From assembly GCF_009914755.1 (NCBI RefSeq), contig NC_060929.1: 64,000 nucleotides of DNA; one strand, given 5' to 3'. Numbering within the stretch: the stretch's first letter is position 1; every line of letters starts with the position of its first letter. Made by a program: the position numbers and the translations under genes. This DNA comes from the human T2T-CHM13v2.0 reference genome, Homo sapiens. The notes under the pieces are model-generated. The model was not told the DNA's origin, ran no database searches, and was given only the letters and a program-made list of their open reading frames with translations. Below are positions 41,769 to 56,341 of the stretch, one piece after another.

Positions 41769-41911
41769 GATCTTTACTCAATTTTGTTGCCACATTTCAG
41801 TCCCTATATATTCTCTTATATACAGATTCACTATTACCATTGTCATATAGTAATTTTCACAGAATAAAAGGTTCACATACTGATCCATTTTTAAAGGATT
41901 AGCAATATTAA

Positions 41912-42159
41912 CCTGGGCAACATAGTGAGACACTGTGTCTCTACAAAAAAAAAAAAAAAAAAGAAAAAAAAGAAAAAAAAAGAAATAAAAGAAAAAAGCT
42001 GAGCATCGTGGTGTGTGCCTGTAATACCTGCTACTCCAGAGAGTGAGGTGGGAAGATCTCTTGAGCCCAGGAATTCCAGCCTCCAGTGAACTGGAGTCAG
42101 GGCACTGCAGACCAGCCTGGATGACAGAATGAGACCCTCTCTTCCACCCCACCCCCCAA
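41912..42159 (+). mobile_element. 5'-truncated AluJ with expanded central A tract
   Basis: J-type GGGAAGATCTCTTGAGCCCAGG; TSD AAAGGATTAGCAATATTAA (41893-41911) / AAAGAATTAGTAATATTAA (42160-42178). Confidence 0.9.
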
Positions 42160-45100
42160 AAAGAATTAGTAATATTAATCTGGAAAACAGAGATACAATA
42201 GAAGGAACAATATTTACACTTGGAACTAAGACGTTATCTTTATTATATTTCATTCTGCATGAAATTTTATTCTAAATAAGAACAAACTTAAACTTTTGTG
42301 TGATATATGTTATACTACATACATTTTCTATTCAATGTTAAAGAATAGAAATGATCCAACATCCATTTAACTGTTTTTAATATTATTAAATACAAATTGG
42401 CAAGTTTCTTTTATATGCTTTTCAAAGACTAAAAAATAATTACAGAGGAGTTTCAGATGTTGCTTATCTGAGCGGATGAGATTTCTTCTTAATATTTTGT
42501 GCTGTTCCTAATAAACACATAAGAACATTATGTGATATGGTTGTTACATTTCTTCCTCATTTGCTTACATTTGCTAATGCTGTTTAATGATTATGCATAT
42601 CTGTGTTCCAAGTGACATTTACTAATATGCTATATTCTTCCGTGTGTCCTGGTGAAAAGTATATTTATCCTTAATTATTTTATAATTCCTTCTTGCAGTT
42701 ATATTGAATATTCTTTGTTCCTAGAAATGCCTTTTATAGGTGAAGGACATCTTTCTCACTTTTAATTATGTTGTCTCTTAGGAGACAATTTCTTCTTCCC
42801 GCCAACAGTTGGAACACTTGTTCTGAATGTACCATATGGTCCTTACTAGATTTTAGATTTCTTCACTTTTGATTAATATTCCTGTAGTGTTATAATTGGT
42901 AAACATGTTACATGCTGTCATGTAAGTTTAAATTATTGACCTCTAAGAAAAACATCTGTAAAAATTTTTTTTTTCCTTTGCTGTAAAATAAACAGCTCTC
43001 TGGGGGGAAATACGCACCTTTCCTGTAAGTGCCTCAGAATAAATCAGATATTTTGGAGGTATATTAATTTCAAATTTGAACACCAATTTAAAGAATCTGT
43101 ATTAATTAAAAATCTCAAATCCAAAATGACAGACTTAGTTCCCATTTTTTCACTGATTCTTGGATATTCTTAACTTTAATAATGGTACATTTTATCTACA
43201 TTATATGTATGATATGCATATATGTTGCTATATATGTTACATATAATGTTATGTATGCTGATCTCCTGTATAAATGACTTTCTGTAACTGTGTTATTTTT
43301 ATTTAAAAATCAAAACTCTGAATGAATTCCTTACTAAACAGTTCTCACTTGCACCCTCTCTTCTTTCCTTTTTGCTTTGTGTCTTACAGAACCACATACA
43401 CACAAATGCACACACATATAATTAACTATTCTGAACAGTGCTATTTTTTGTTATATGAGACAGTATTGTCTATTTTTTTTTACAAATAATGTCTTATTTT
43501 TAACCAGAAAAAAAATCACTTTAGATAAACATGTGAGATATTTTTGTTGCAAATATCAGACAGTTAACCTTAACTGGCTTATTCTCACCTGGAAATTATT
43601 TATTGTCTGATACAACAGAAAGAAAAGGGAAAATTTGCTGAAGATATGAAGACAAATGTCTCTTCTGGTGTGGTTAAGTGTTGGTGTGAAATATATGCCT
43701 AAACTGTTACCCTTATGATGGCAGTGTTCATATAATGAATCATTGGCTGTATATTGTGACAAAATGAATCTATATTAATAAAATAAATATATCCAGATGT
43801 GTCTTATTGTACTTATATGGCTTTTCCATACTCTCTGTAACAGGAAATGCAGTATAGGACAATGTTGGCAGACAATTCTTGGACACCATAAATGTGCTCA
43901 GAGCTGTGAGAACTCTCTATCTGCAACAGAATTGAACCCACCAAATCTTCTTCCTTCTGGTAGATATACTCAGTCTTGAAAACCTGTGGAACTCAGTGGC
44001 TCAGTGGAATTGATGAGGATTCGTACTAATGACATCTCACCACTCTTCAGAATCCTAGAAGCTCAATATACTCCTTCCTGATTTGTGCTAATCATGTGTA
44101 AACTTGATCCTTTGCATGCAAAACATTGATGTTTCTTGCAAAGGGTTATGAAAGACATGGAGGTGTAGGCATCAAAGAATGTAGTGCCTAGGACTATTTC
44201 CATGTTTGTTGAAAGCAAGAATAAGTGAATAGATATGAAAGCTTTCGGTGAGCTGTAATTGACTTGCACTGAAAGTCCTAGCTTCTTTAAAATTAAGCAG
44301 AGATACCTTTTGGTATGATACTTCTTGAAACTTTTTCTAAAATTTATTAATTGCTATTTAGTAATCATAGTTTAAATAATGAGATTGAATCTCTGAGATG
44401 TTTGTGGAAATTTTCTGTGCTCGTTAACATAACATTTATAATCTGACTAACATTCACATTTTACATGTAAATGTAGGTGTTGGAGGTTGTGCAGTTCATG
44501 CAGTAAACACATACCCTGGAGATCACACTATGTTAAACAGCTGATTTTTTAAAATTCTAGCAGTTTAAAAGAATTGTAAGCCATTTGTTTATTTTACCTA
44601 GAAATGAACAGCATTTCAAAAATCTACTTAAATTGACTACTGGGTGGGAGTTTAAGTGGAAAATGTAATTTGAATTCAAGGAAATATTTATACTCTCTAA
44701 AAGAACATATGGAATAGAATATGAGAACTTTGAGTAATCTAGGACAAAAATAAGCTATCATATAACTTTAGTAATAATATAATACACTGGCTAGGACTCA
44801 ATAAAATAGTAATTAATTCAATCCTATATTTAGGTACACAAATGGAATCAGCACACTTTAGAAAAGTAGGGTAATTTGTATCTTCTATTGAAACTGATTA
44901 ATTCTCTATGAAAACTTAAGAGAGTTCAGAATAGACAAATAAAGTGCTCAAAGCATTAAAAGAAACCACAGAATACATTTTTTAGATTAAAAAATATATG
45001 GCAGAGGAACTTTAATTAAATATGCAACAAAGAGATGCCAGTATTAAAATTTAATTTAAACAAAAAGATCAAAAAGAAATATTCTATTTCAGAAATGTGA

Positions 45101-45221
45101 CAATTAAATTTTAAAATAGGAATTAAGTATAGTACAGCACTGTTAATGAATGGAAGGGAAATTATCAAATCAGAAAAACCACAGAGTCAAAAGGTAGGAA
45201 TTCAGCTTACTTTAACGAAAT

Positions 45222-45505
45222 GGCCATAGATTCAGTGACTCTATTTCTCATAGTTTTGGAGGCTTGGAAGTCCATGATCAATGTGTAGGCAGACTCTGTG
45301 TTTGGTGAGGACCAATCCCTCATAGATGGTGACTTCTCACTGCATCCTCACATGTTGAAAGAGGCAAGGCAGCTTTCTGGAACCTCTTTTATAGGGGCAC
45401 TGATCCCATTCGTTTAGGCTTTTGTCCTCATGACCTGATACTAACAAGTTGAGATTAGGTTTCATTGCTTAAATTTCAGGCGACACAAACATTCAGACTA
45501 TAGCA
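45222..45505 (-). mobile_element. MLT1A-like MaLR LTR
   Basis: ATTTCTCATAGTTTTGGAGGCTTGGAAGTCC...GGGCACTGATCCCATTC...GACACAAACATTCAGACTATAGCA. Confidence 0.85.
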
Positions 45506-46534
45506 CTTGTCCTTCATTAGATTACATTATTTTACATTGCAAATTTATGTGAAATTTGGGTTAAAAAATTTAAAACTAAGATTTGCATGATAGCCAAGCA
45601 TCAAATGCCTGAGAAGTCTGGACCAGCCTAAGTGAGTTTAGTCCAGAAGCAAGGCCTTGATCTAGGTCCTGGTGAGTCTAGAGTTTCTGAAAAGCTAAAA
45701 ATTTAATAACATCCATTAACATTCCCTCGTAAATGCTTCCTGATAAATGTACTTTATGTTGGATATTTATTCACAAATTAGGTCTCAAAGATGAATTTTA
45801 AAATTTCCACAAACCTTTAATATCTTAAAAATGTAATTTATAATTTTTTGGGTTGAAGATTTTCCTAACTTTTCCATGCTAAGTAGTATTTGCTTGTTTT
45901 CTTCTTTTTTTTTGCTGGAATCTATTATTTTCATATTAATGAACAAATGACTTTAAACATTTATCTAAAGGTCAGATATGGTTATTTCCTGCTACTAAGA
46001 CCCAGATTTAAAGCTGCCTCAGTCAGTACCTATTGTCTTCTCTCTCTAAGGGTCTCTTGAAACTTAAGGCCTTGGACCAGGTTTCCTATTATGATTTGAC
46101 TGAAAAATAGCCATGAAGAATTTTTTGTCCATATCCTCAAGGGCCGTAGATGTAAAAATGCTGAGAAGATCCCTAAGAATTTAACAAAATGCATGTATAT
46201 TTATAAAGGGGCATTTTATATTTAATGTAATTAATTGCTTGGTTAATCTTCAAAAGTTTGAATATAATGTATTTATAATTTAACATTTCCTTTTGTTGGA
46301 TGATTCAATGAATAATATATTTTTATGCTTATTACCTAAATATCTTTTAATAGGAATAAAAGTGAGCAAGGACTAGAGAATAAGGATTATTTACAAAATT
46401 GATTATAGAAAAATACAAATAACCTTCACATAGAAAAATGGCAAATACAATCAATTACTGTTTTTAATAGTGGTGTCTAAAAAGTGTAAAGTTTTTTATT
46501 GTTCCTTTTTTTCAAGTTTAAATATGCTAATTCA

Positions 46535-48178
<1,644 letters not shown>

Positions 48179-48814
48179 GAACTTAAAAAAAGTCTAGGTC
48201 TTCAGTGTACGGCAAAAAGTTATACAATAGCTTTCTTTATAAAACAGATATCTAATATGGGATATCTGCCTGTCCCATTTATGGAAAAAGTGGCAACAAA
48301 ACCTGCATTAAACCAGATAAATTATAGCATTTGCTATTTTATCCCCTGCAGTCAACAACTCAGCCTAGAAATTTTCAAGTTATTAGCTTTTAAGTCTTCA
48401 GTGGAGAGTCCTAAAATTATTGTATTAATCGACATAGATTAGAACTGTTATTGGTAGTATTTAGGATATTATAGGGCTTCCCTTCTACATAGAGGAGGAT
48501 AATCACCTGTAAAAGTTAGAAGAAATGGAGGTCATTATATACAGCACAGAAAAAAATCTTAAAACTCCTCAGACGCATTATATTTTTCTATACTTACAAT
48601 ATGATATATGCAATTTAAATTTTTATTTCCATCCCTATTGATTTTATTTAGACTCTTTTTAAGTATATGAAACAGTAACTTAGTTTTAAATGGCCAGACT
48701 GTACCAAAAATTTTGAAAAAGGTATCTTTTTTCTCTTCCATTATTTATACTCCATTCTTATTATTTCATGAAAAAAAAATCTCTTTGGTCTCTGGTTTAT
48801 CCTACCTGTGTTTC

Positions 48815-49240
48815 TTTTTTTAACAATAAATTTTATTGTGTACATTTATGGTATACAATATATTGTTAGTGAATACATATAGATAAAAAGGTTATTATAC
48901 TGAAACAATTCAACGTATATTACCATCTGACATAGTTCCCCATTTTTTTTGTACATGTGGCAAGAGCAGCTAAAATCTAATCATTGAGCATGAATCTCAA
49001 ATATAGTACAATTTTATTACCTATATTCCTCATGTTGTACATTAGATCTCTAATCTTGTCTGTCATATGTTTCTGCTACTTTGTAACTTCTGACTTATAT
49101 CTTCTCATTTCCTTCCCAAACACCCACCCCTGGTAACCACTGTTGGGTTCTCTATCTCTGTATATTTGATTTTTTTTGTTGTTAGATTTCGCATACAAGT
49201 GAGATTACACAATACTTTTCTTTGTCTTTCTGGATGCATT
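48815..49240 (-). mobile_element. L1MA (late, MA9/10-like) 3' end
   Basis: AAATTTTATTGTGTACATTTATGGTATACAA...CATGTTGTACATTAGATCTC...CCCCTGGTAACCAC. Confidence 0.75.
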
Positions 49241-49249
49241 TCTTTCTGC

Positions 49250-51465
49250 TCAAATGAACAATATTTTATATTCGATTTTCTTTTTCACATGAAGAGTATC
49301 ATACTGCAGATATTCTTTAACACTTCACTTTTTCCCTGAACAATATGTCTTGGAAATCACTCTACTTTATAAAGATCTTTCCTGTCTTTTTTTATGACTA
49401 TTTTATGTAGATGTACTATTATTTATTCCACTACCCTTATATGGAAGTACATATAAGTTGTTTCTAATATTTTGAAATTATAAACATTGCTTTATTGAAA
49501 AAGACTGAGAACATTTATTCATTCATGTTAGATGTGGATTCTCCCTGTCAGTGCCTATAAAGATTGCCGGGTCAAAGATAAATGTATATGTAGTTTAGTA
49601 AAATATTCCAAATTCCCCTCACAAAGTTTAAATCAGTCAGTCTATTTTCCCACCATCAATGCAAAAAGGCCTATTCTCAACCTTTTACTGAGAGAGCAGT
49701 TCATTATATAGGTTAAATTTCCCTATCTAATAGGTGATACCTGTTTTCCGAATATAGTTTTAATTCATTTTTTCATTGTGAGAGTGACCATTTTTCATAT
49801 GCTTAAGGGTTATTTTTATATGTATTTTTCAGTTGGTCTTTTTATTTCTTTTATATATTTTTCTATCATTTCTATCAATTTTTTTCCTTTAAAAGTAATT
49901 TTTAATGAATTATGAAAATTTGGTATTATGTATTTGGAGTATTAGCAACTTCCATATATGTTCTCACAGTTTTCAAGTTTATTTTAAATATTTTATATAA
50001 ATATACAATAAAATTGACCTTTTTGGTATACAGTTCTTTGAATTTTAGCATATGTTTAGACTTCTGTAATAACCACCATAATCAAAACACGCAACACTTC
50101 TATCAGCCCCAAAGTTTCTCTTGTGTGGTTCCTTTGTAGTCACAAACCTTTCTTTTCTCTAACTTCTGGCAACTACTGATTTGTTCTCTCCAAATACAGT
50201 TTCATTCCCAAGAATGTCATATAAATGGAGGCTTGCAGTTTGTTACAATTTGAAACTGGCTTCTATCACTTAGAGTAATGTATTTGAGATTTACCCACAT
50301 TACTTATGTATACTAAGAGTTCATTAATTTGCATTACCAATTAGTATTCTATTATATGGGTGAACCATGGTTTAGTTATCTAATCACCCATTGAAGAACA
50401 TCTTTGTAATTTTTAGGTTTGGGTAATTATGAATAGAGCTGCCTTTAACATTTGTGTAGATGTGTTTGTGTAAAAATAATTTACATTTTCTTAGGGTAAA
50501 TATATAGAAGTGGAATTGCTGAGAAATACAATCACTATAAGTGTAACTATTTAAGAAATTGCAATGTTGTTTTCCAAAGTGGTTATACCAAATTGCATAC
50601 CCAACAGCAATTCATGAAAGGTCCAGTGGAGCTGCATCCTCATACACACTTGACAGTATCAGTGTTTTTCATTTTAACCATTCTAATAGGTTTGTACTAG
50701 TATCCCATTGGGGTTTAATTTATTTTCCTCTTATAATTAAGCTTGTTGAACATGTTTGATATGGTTAATTGCTCTCTGTGTATCCCATTAGGTGAAGGAT
50801 CTCTTCAAATCTTTAACCCTCTAAAAAAATTGAGTTATTGGTTTTCCTACTATTATGTTTTCAGAGTCCTTTATGTGTTCCGGATAATTTTTTTTTTTTT
50901 TTGGCAAATATTCCCTTCCATTTTTTTGATATTCTCTTAGTATCAATTTTCTTTTATTTCTTTTCAAATATTTGGCATATATTTTATTATCATTAATGAA
51001 GATTTTTCGATATTTTATACATCTATATTTTGACTCACAGTTAAAAAGCATTTTCACACTCAGGATAAAGAAGAATTCATATATTTTCTCCTAAAATATG
51101 TATGATTTTTTTTTACATCTAAAACCTTTAACTCTTCGGTTTTTATCCTTGTGTATGGTGTGAGATTTGACTCATTAAGATAGTGAGTAAAATGATGGTA
51201 ACCAGAGGCTGGGAAGAACAGTAGAGAGGAGGAAGTGGATATGGGTAATGGGTACAAAAATATAGTTAGATAGAATTAATAAGATCTCATATTTGACAGC
51301 ACAGCAGGGTGATTGAATCAAATTGTATGTTTTGTCAATTGATTAACAATTATCTCAATAGGATTTATTAAAAAGCTTATTATTTTCTAGAAGTTTTGTG
51401 ATGTCACCCTCAATACATACTAAAGTTTTATGTCTTTTTCATGTATTCCTGGACTTCTTATTCTG
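49250..51465 (-). mobile_element. Mixed old antisense L1MC/L1ME fragments, with a short sense L1MA 3'UTR piece at ~51170-51312
   Basis: AAAATTGACCTTTTTGGTATACAGTTC...AGAATGTCATATAAATGGA...TTTTCCAAAGTGGTTATACC. The sense piece is GATGGTAACCAGAGGCTGGGAAG...GTTAGATAGAATTAATAAG. Confidence 0.7.
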
Positions 51466-52248
51466 TTTTTTTTTTTTTTTTTTTTTTTAATTTTTTTTTT
51501 TTTTTATTATACTCTAAGTTTTAGGGTACATGTGCACATTGTGCAGGTTAGTTACATATGTATACATGTGCCATGCTGGTGCGCTGCACCCACTAACGTG
51601 TCATCTAGCATTAGGTATATCTCCCAATGCTATCCCTCCCCCCTCCCCCAACCCCACCACAGTCCCCAGAGTGTGATATTCCCCTTCCTGTGTCCATGTG
51701 ATCTCATTGTTCAATTCCCACCTATGAGTGAGAATATGCGGTGTTTGGTTTTTTGTTCTTGCGATAGTTTACTGAGAATGATGGTTTCCAATTTCATCCA
51801 TGTCCCTACAAAGGACATGAACTCATCATTTTTTATGGCTGCATAGTATTCCATGGTGTATATGTGCCACATTTTCTTAATCCAGTCTATCATTGTTGGA
51901 CATTTGGGTTGGTTCCAAGTCTTTGCTATTGTGAATAGTGCCGCAATAAACATACGTGTGCATGTGTCTTTAGAGCAGCATGATTTATAGTCCTTTGGGT
52001 ATATACCCAGTAATGGGATGGCTGGGTCAAATGGTATTTCTAGTTCTAGATCCCTGAGGAATCGCCACACTGACTTCCACAATGGTTGAACTAGTTTACA
52101 GTCCCACCAACAGTGTAAAAGTGTTCCTATTTCTCCACATCCTCTCCAGCACCTGTTGTTTCCTGACTTTTTAATGATTGCCATTCTAACTGGTGTGAGA
52201 TGATATCTCATAGTGGTTTTGATTTGCATTTCTCTGATGGCCAGTGAT
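51466..52248 (-). mobile_element. L1HS pre-Ta, 5'-truncated (~0.78 kb)
   Basis: The minus strand reads GCTAGATGAC-ACG-TTAGTGG (CGT at 51597-51599) and AAAACTTAGAGTATAAT (diagnostic G; C at 51514). ORF2p C-terminus is intact to ...IFSLIGGN, with a long, nearly pure poly(A). Confidence 0.93.
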
Positions 52249-52489
52249 ATTTTAATCACTTTTAGGCTTATTCTCCTTAAAATAATTTCTTTTTAAAAAT
52301 TGTGTTTAAGATTATTTCTGCATATTTATTTTTTCATGAATATTTTAGTGTCAACTTCTTTTCTCTATGAAAAGTGTTTTGGTCTTCCAGTTATTATTGT
52401 GTTTCTATGTTTCCTTACATCTCTTCTACTTTTTATTTGGTATTATAAAGATTGTGATTGCATATTTGTTGCACAAATATTTATGTATT

Positions 52490-54580
52490 TTCCCCAGCTT
52501 TATTGAGGTATAATTGACCATTAAAATCTGTGTGTGTATTTAAAGTTTACATTATGTTTCAATATATGTATACATTGTGATTATCATAATTAAGCTAATT
52601 AATATATCTAGTACTTCATATAGTTATCTTAAACTTTTTTTGGTGGTTGGAATTCTCTTGGTAAATTTCAAGTATATAATACATTACTATTAACTATAGT
52701 TTCCTTTTGTACATTAGATTTCCATAACGTATTCCTCTTATAACTGAAAACAGACCGTTTAGACCAAAATCTCTTTAAAGCCTCCAACCACAAACCCTGG
52801 CAAATACCTTTCCCCTCTCTGTTTCTATGAGTTTGATGTCATAGATTTTAACTTTAGATTCCACATGTAAGTGAGTCCATGCTATATTTGTCTTTCTGTT
52901 TCTGTCTCATTACATTTAACATAATGTCCTCTATGTTCATCCACATTGTCACAAAAGACAGGGTTACCTTTTTTAAAAGGCTGAATAATATTTCATTATA
53001 TAGATAACATTTTCTTTATCCATTCATCCTTTGATGGGAATGAAAACAATTAGGTTATTTTTATACCTGAGCTATTGTGAATAATGCTGCAATAAACATA
53101 GGAATGCAGATATCTCTTTGAGATACTGATTTCAGTTCCTTTGAATATACACCAAAAAGTTAGATTGGTGGATTATACGGTAGTAACAGTTTTGGTTTTT
53201 CAAGAAACCTTTGTATTGTATTTCATAATGGCTCTATCAATTTATAATCTCACTAACAATGGTAAAGGGTTACTTTTTTACCATGTCCCAGCCAACTTAT
53301 CATTTAACTTTTTGATATAGCAGGCATCCTAACAGATGTGAAGTGATATCTCATTGTGGTTTTCATTTGCATTTCCCTGATGATTAGTAATGTTAAGCAA
53401 TTTTCCATATACTGATTTGACATTTGTATGTCTTATTTTAAAAAATGAGTATTCAGGTCCTTTTTCTATTTTTAATTGGGTTATTTGTTATTTTGCTATT
53501 TGATTTCTATGAATTCCTTATATATTTCAGATATTAATTCCTTATCAGATATATTGTTTGCTAATATTTTCTCCCATTCTATAAGTCGCCTTTCATTTTG
53601 TTTCTTCCTTTGACATACAGAAACTTTTTAGCTTAATGTAGTTTCACTTGTTTATTTTGCTTATATTGCCTTGCTTTTGGAATTATATTTATAAAATAAT
53701 TTCCAAGCTCAATCTCAAGGAATTTTTCTTTCACTTATTTTTTCTGTAGTTTTATGATTTCCAGTCTTACATCTAAGTCTTTAATTCATTGATATGTTTT
53801 GCCTGTGTTTCCATTTAAATTTCATCTTGAATTGTAATTCCCATAATCCCCACGTGTCATGGGAGGGATCCAGTGAGAGGTAATTGAATCATGAGGGTGG
53901 TTACCCCCATGCTGTTCTCATGATAGTGAGTGAGTTCTCACAAGATCTGATGGTTTTATAAGGGGCTTTTCCCACTTTTTGCTCGGGACTTCTCCTTGCT
54001 GCCACCATGTGAAGGAGGATGTGTTTGCTTTCCCTTCTGCCATGAATGTAAGTTTCCTGAGGCCTCCCCAGCCACACACAATAGGGAGTCAATTAAAACT
54101 CTTTCCTTTATAAATTACCCAGTCCCAAGTATGTCTTTACTAGAAGCATGTGAACAGACTAACACAGCATTTTGAGTTTATTTTTGGATATGATGAGAGA
54201 TAAAGATCCAGTTTCATTATTTTACATATAGATATCCAGTTTTTCCAATGTCATTTACTGCAGAGACTACCCTTTCCTGATTGTATGATCTTTGTACCTT
54301 GTCAAAGGTTAGTTGCCTGTACATGAATAGATTTATTTCTGTTGTCTTTATTCTGTTCCATTAGTCTATATCTATATCTACTTTTAGGCCAGAACCATAC
54401 TGTTTTGATTAGTATAGATTTATAATATAATTTAAAATCAGGTAGTGTGATGTCTCCAGCTTTGTTCTTTCTCTGGATTGCTTTGAATACTTTGAAACTT
54501 TTGCGGTTCCATACAAATTTTGTAATATTTTTTCTATTTCTGTGAAGATTTCCATTAAATTTTAATAGGAATATTTTGTT
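52490..54580 (-). mobile_element. L1MA7/8-like element, interrupted by a THE1D-like LTR
   Basis: CAGCTTTATTGAGGTATAATTGAC 3' end. ORF 54302-54688 includes [17 protein letters not shown]. Confidence 0.85.
53790..54166 (+). mobile_element. THE1D-like MaLR solo LTR
   Basis: TGATATGTTTTGCCTGTG...GTAAGTTTCCTGAGGCCTCCCCAG...AACAGACTAACACA. The host L1 resumes in register. Confidence 0.9.
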
Positions 54581-54588
54581 CATACTTA

Positions 54589-55050
54589 TGATGCAGCTCA
54601 GGTGAATCCCAAAGTGAGGCTTAGCCTGTGAGGATTCTTGGCTTTGCTCATGAAAGAATTGAAGGGTAAGCCAGAGGTAAAAGAACATAGTTTTATTGAA
54701 GAGGCAGTGTTACAACTCCAGCGATGCTACAGCTCTATGGCTGCTCCTGCAGAGCAGGGCTACCTCGTAGGCAGAGTAGAGGTTTAGGGCAGTTTTACAG
54801 TCATATTTATACTGCCTGCAGATAAAGGGTTGGTTTATGCAGAAATTTCTAGGGAAGGGGTAAGAACTTTTGGGTCCTCAGGTCATTGCCATGGAAAGGG
54901 GCGGTAACTCCAGGTTGTTGCCATGACAATGGTAAATTGAAGTGGCACATTGGTGAGTGTATCTGATTAGAAAGCTGCTTCTGCTCTGGCCCTGTTTTAG
55001 CTACTATTCGGTCTGCTCCAGAATCCAGAGTCCAAGCCCTGCCTCTGGAA
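54589..55050 (-). mobile_element. ERV1 solo LTR (MER48/LTR29-like)
   Basis: TGATGCAG...GGCTTAGCC...GAAAGAATTGAAGGG...GCAGAGCAGGGCTACC...GTCATTGCCATGGAAAGGGGCGGTAAC; minus-strand AATAAA and TATA-like motifs. Confidence 0.75.
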
Positions 55051-55861
55051 GCATGGCCAAACCTTGATAAAATGTGCTGTTTATTTTTTCACTGACAGAA
55101 AATAGAATTGAGCATTCTGTTTTAAGTTGATAGTAAGTGTATGAATTTTAATAGTTTTATGTACTCTTTTTTCTCTTTGAGTGGATGGGCACATTGCAAG
55201 ATTCATATTTATACCACCACTATTACCTCAGTCACGTGCTACTATTTTAATAAGACATATAATATAAAAATGACTTTGTTTAAATACCAAGTGTGCAGAT
55301 TAGTATGAAATTTCTCGGTCATTATTAAATAGACTGAAATTTTGTATTGTGGATTGCTGGAGATAGTGCCCCACTGATGATTGTTTCTCTGTACTTATAC
55401 AGCAAAAATACAATACCTTTCATGTAGTTGGGCTTAATAAATTTCTTTTTGAATAATTATGTCCTATGTATTCTTTCAATATTAGTCAAATTCTAGGTTT
55501 TATTCATGTGAAATCAATCCAGGTCACTAGAAATGATGTTTGGTCTTTTTTCTTAACTATGTAATCTTAGCAATATGCCAGAAGCCTGACAGTCATCAAG
55601 AAAAGAAATTCATAAAAGTCCAGGGTCTAATTTTGTTCCCAATTTGTGCTATACATGGGCTTTTTCTATTTCTTTCTTTCTTTCTTTTTTTTTACAGTGG
55701 TACGTAAGTCTTCATTGTCCATCTAATTGCTTTGAGGCAGCTTCCTTCAAGGTAGACTATGCCGAGTCTAAAATTTCTGCAAGAATTGGAAAGACCAGCC
55801 AGCATAAATTTAAGATAGAGGAATAGCAAATCTCTATCATTTTGTTCTTTCAACTTTTGCC

Positions 55862-56341
<480 letters not shown>

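Noticed and set aside
42350-44300. Possible very old L1ME/MLT1 remnants
   Set aside because: Similarity is too weak to assign a family or boundaries by eye.
51430-52259. 182-aa (-) and 138-aa (+) ORFs
   Set aside because: They are the L1HS ORF2p tail and an antisense reading of the L1 3'UTR.
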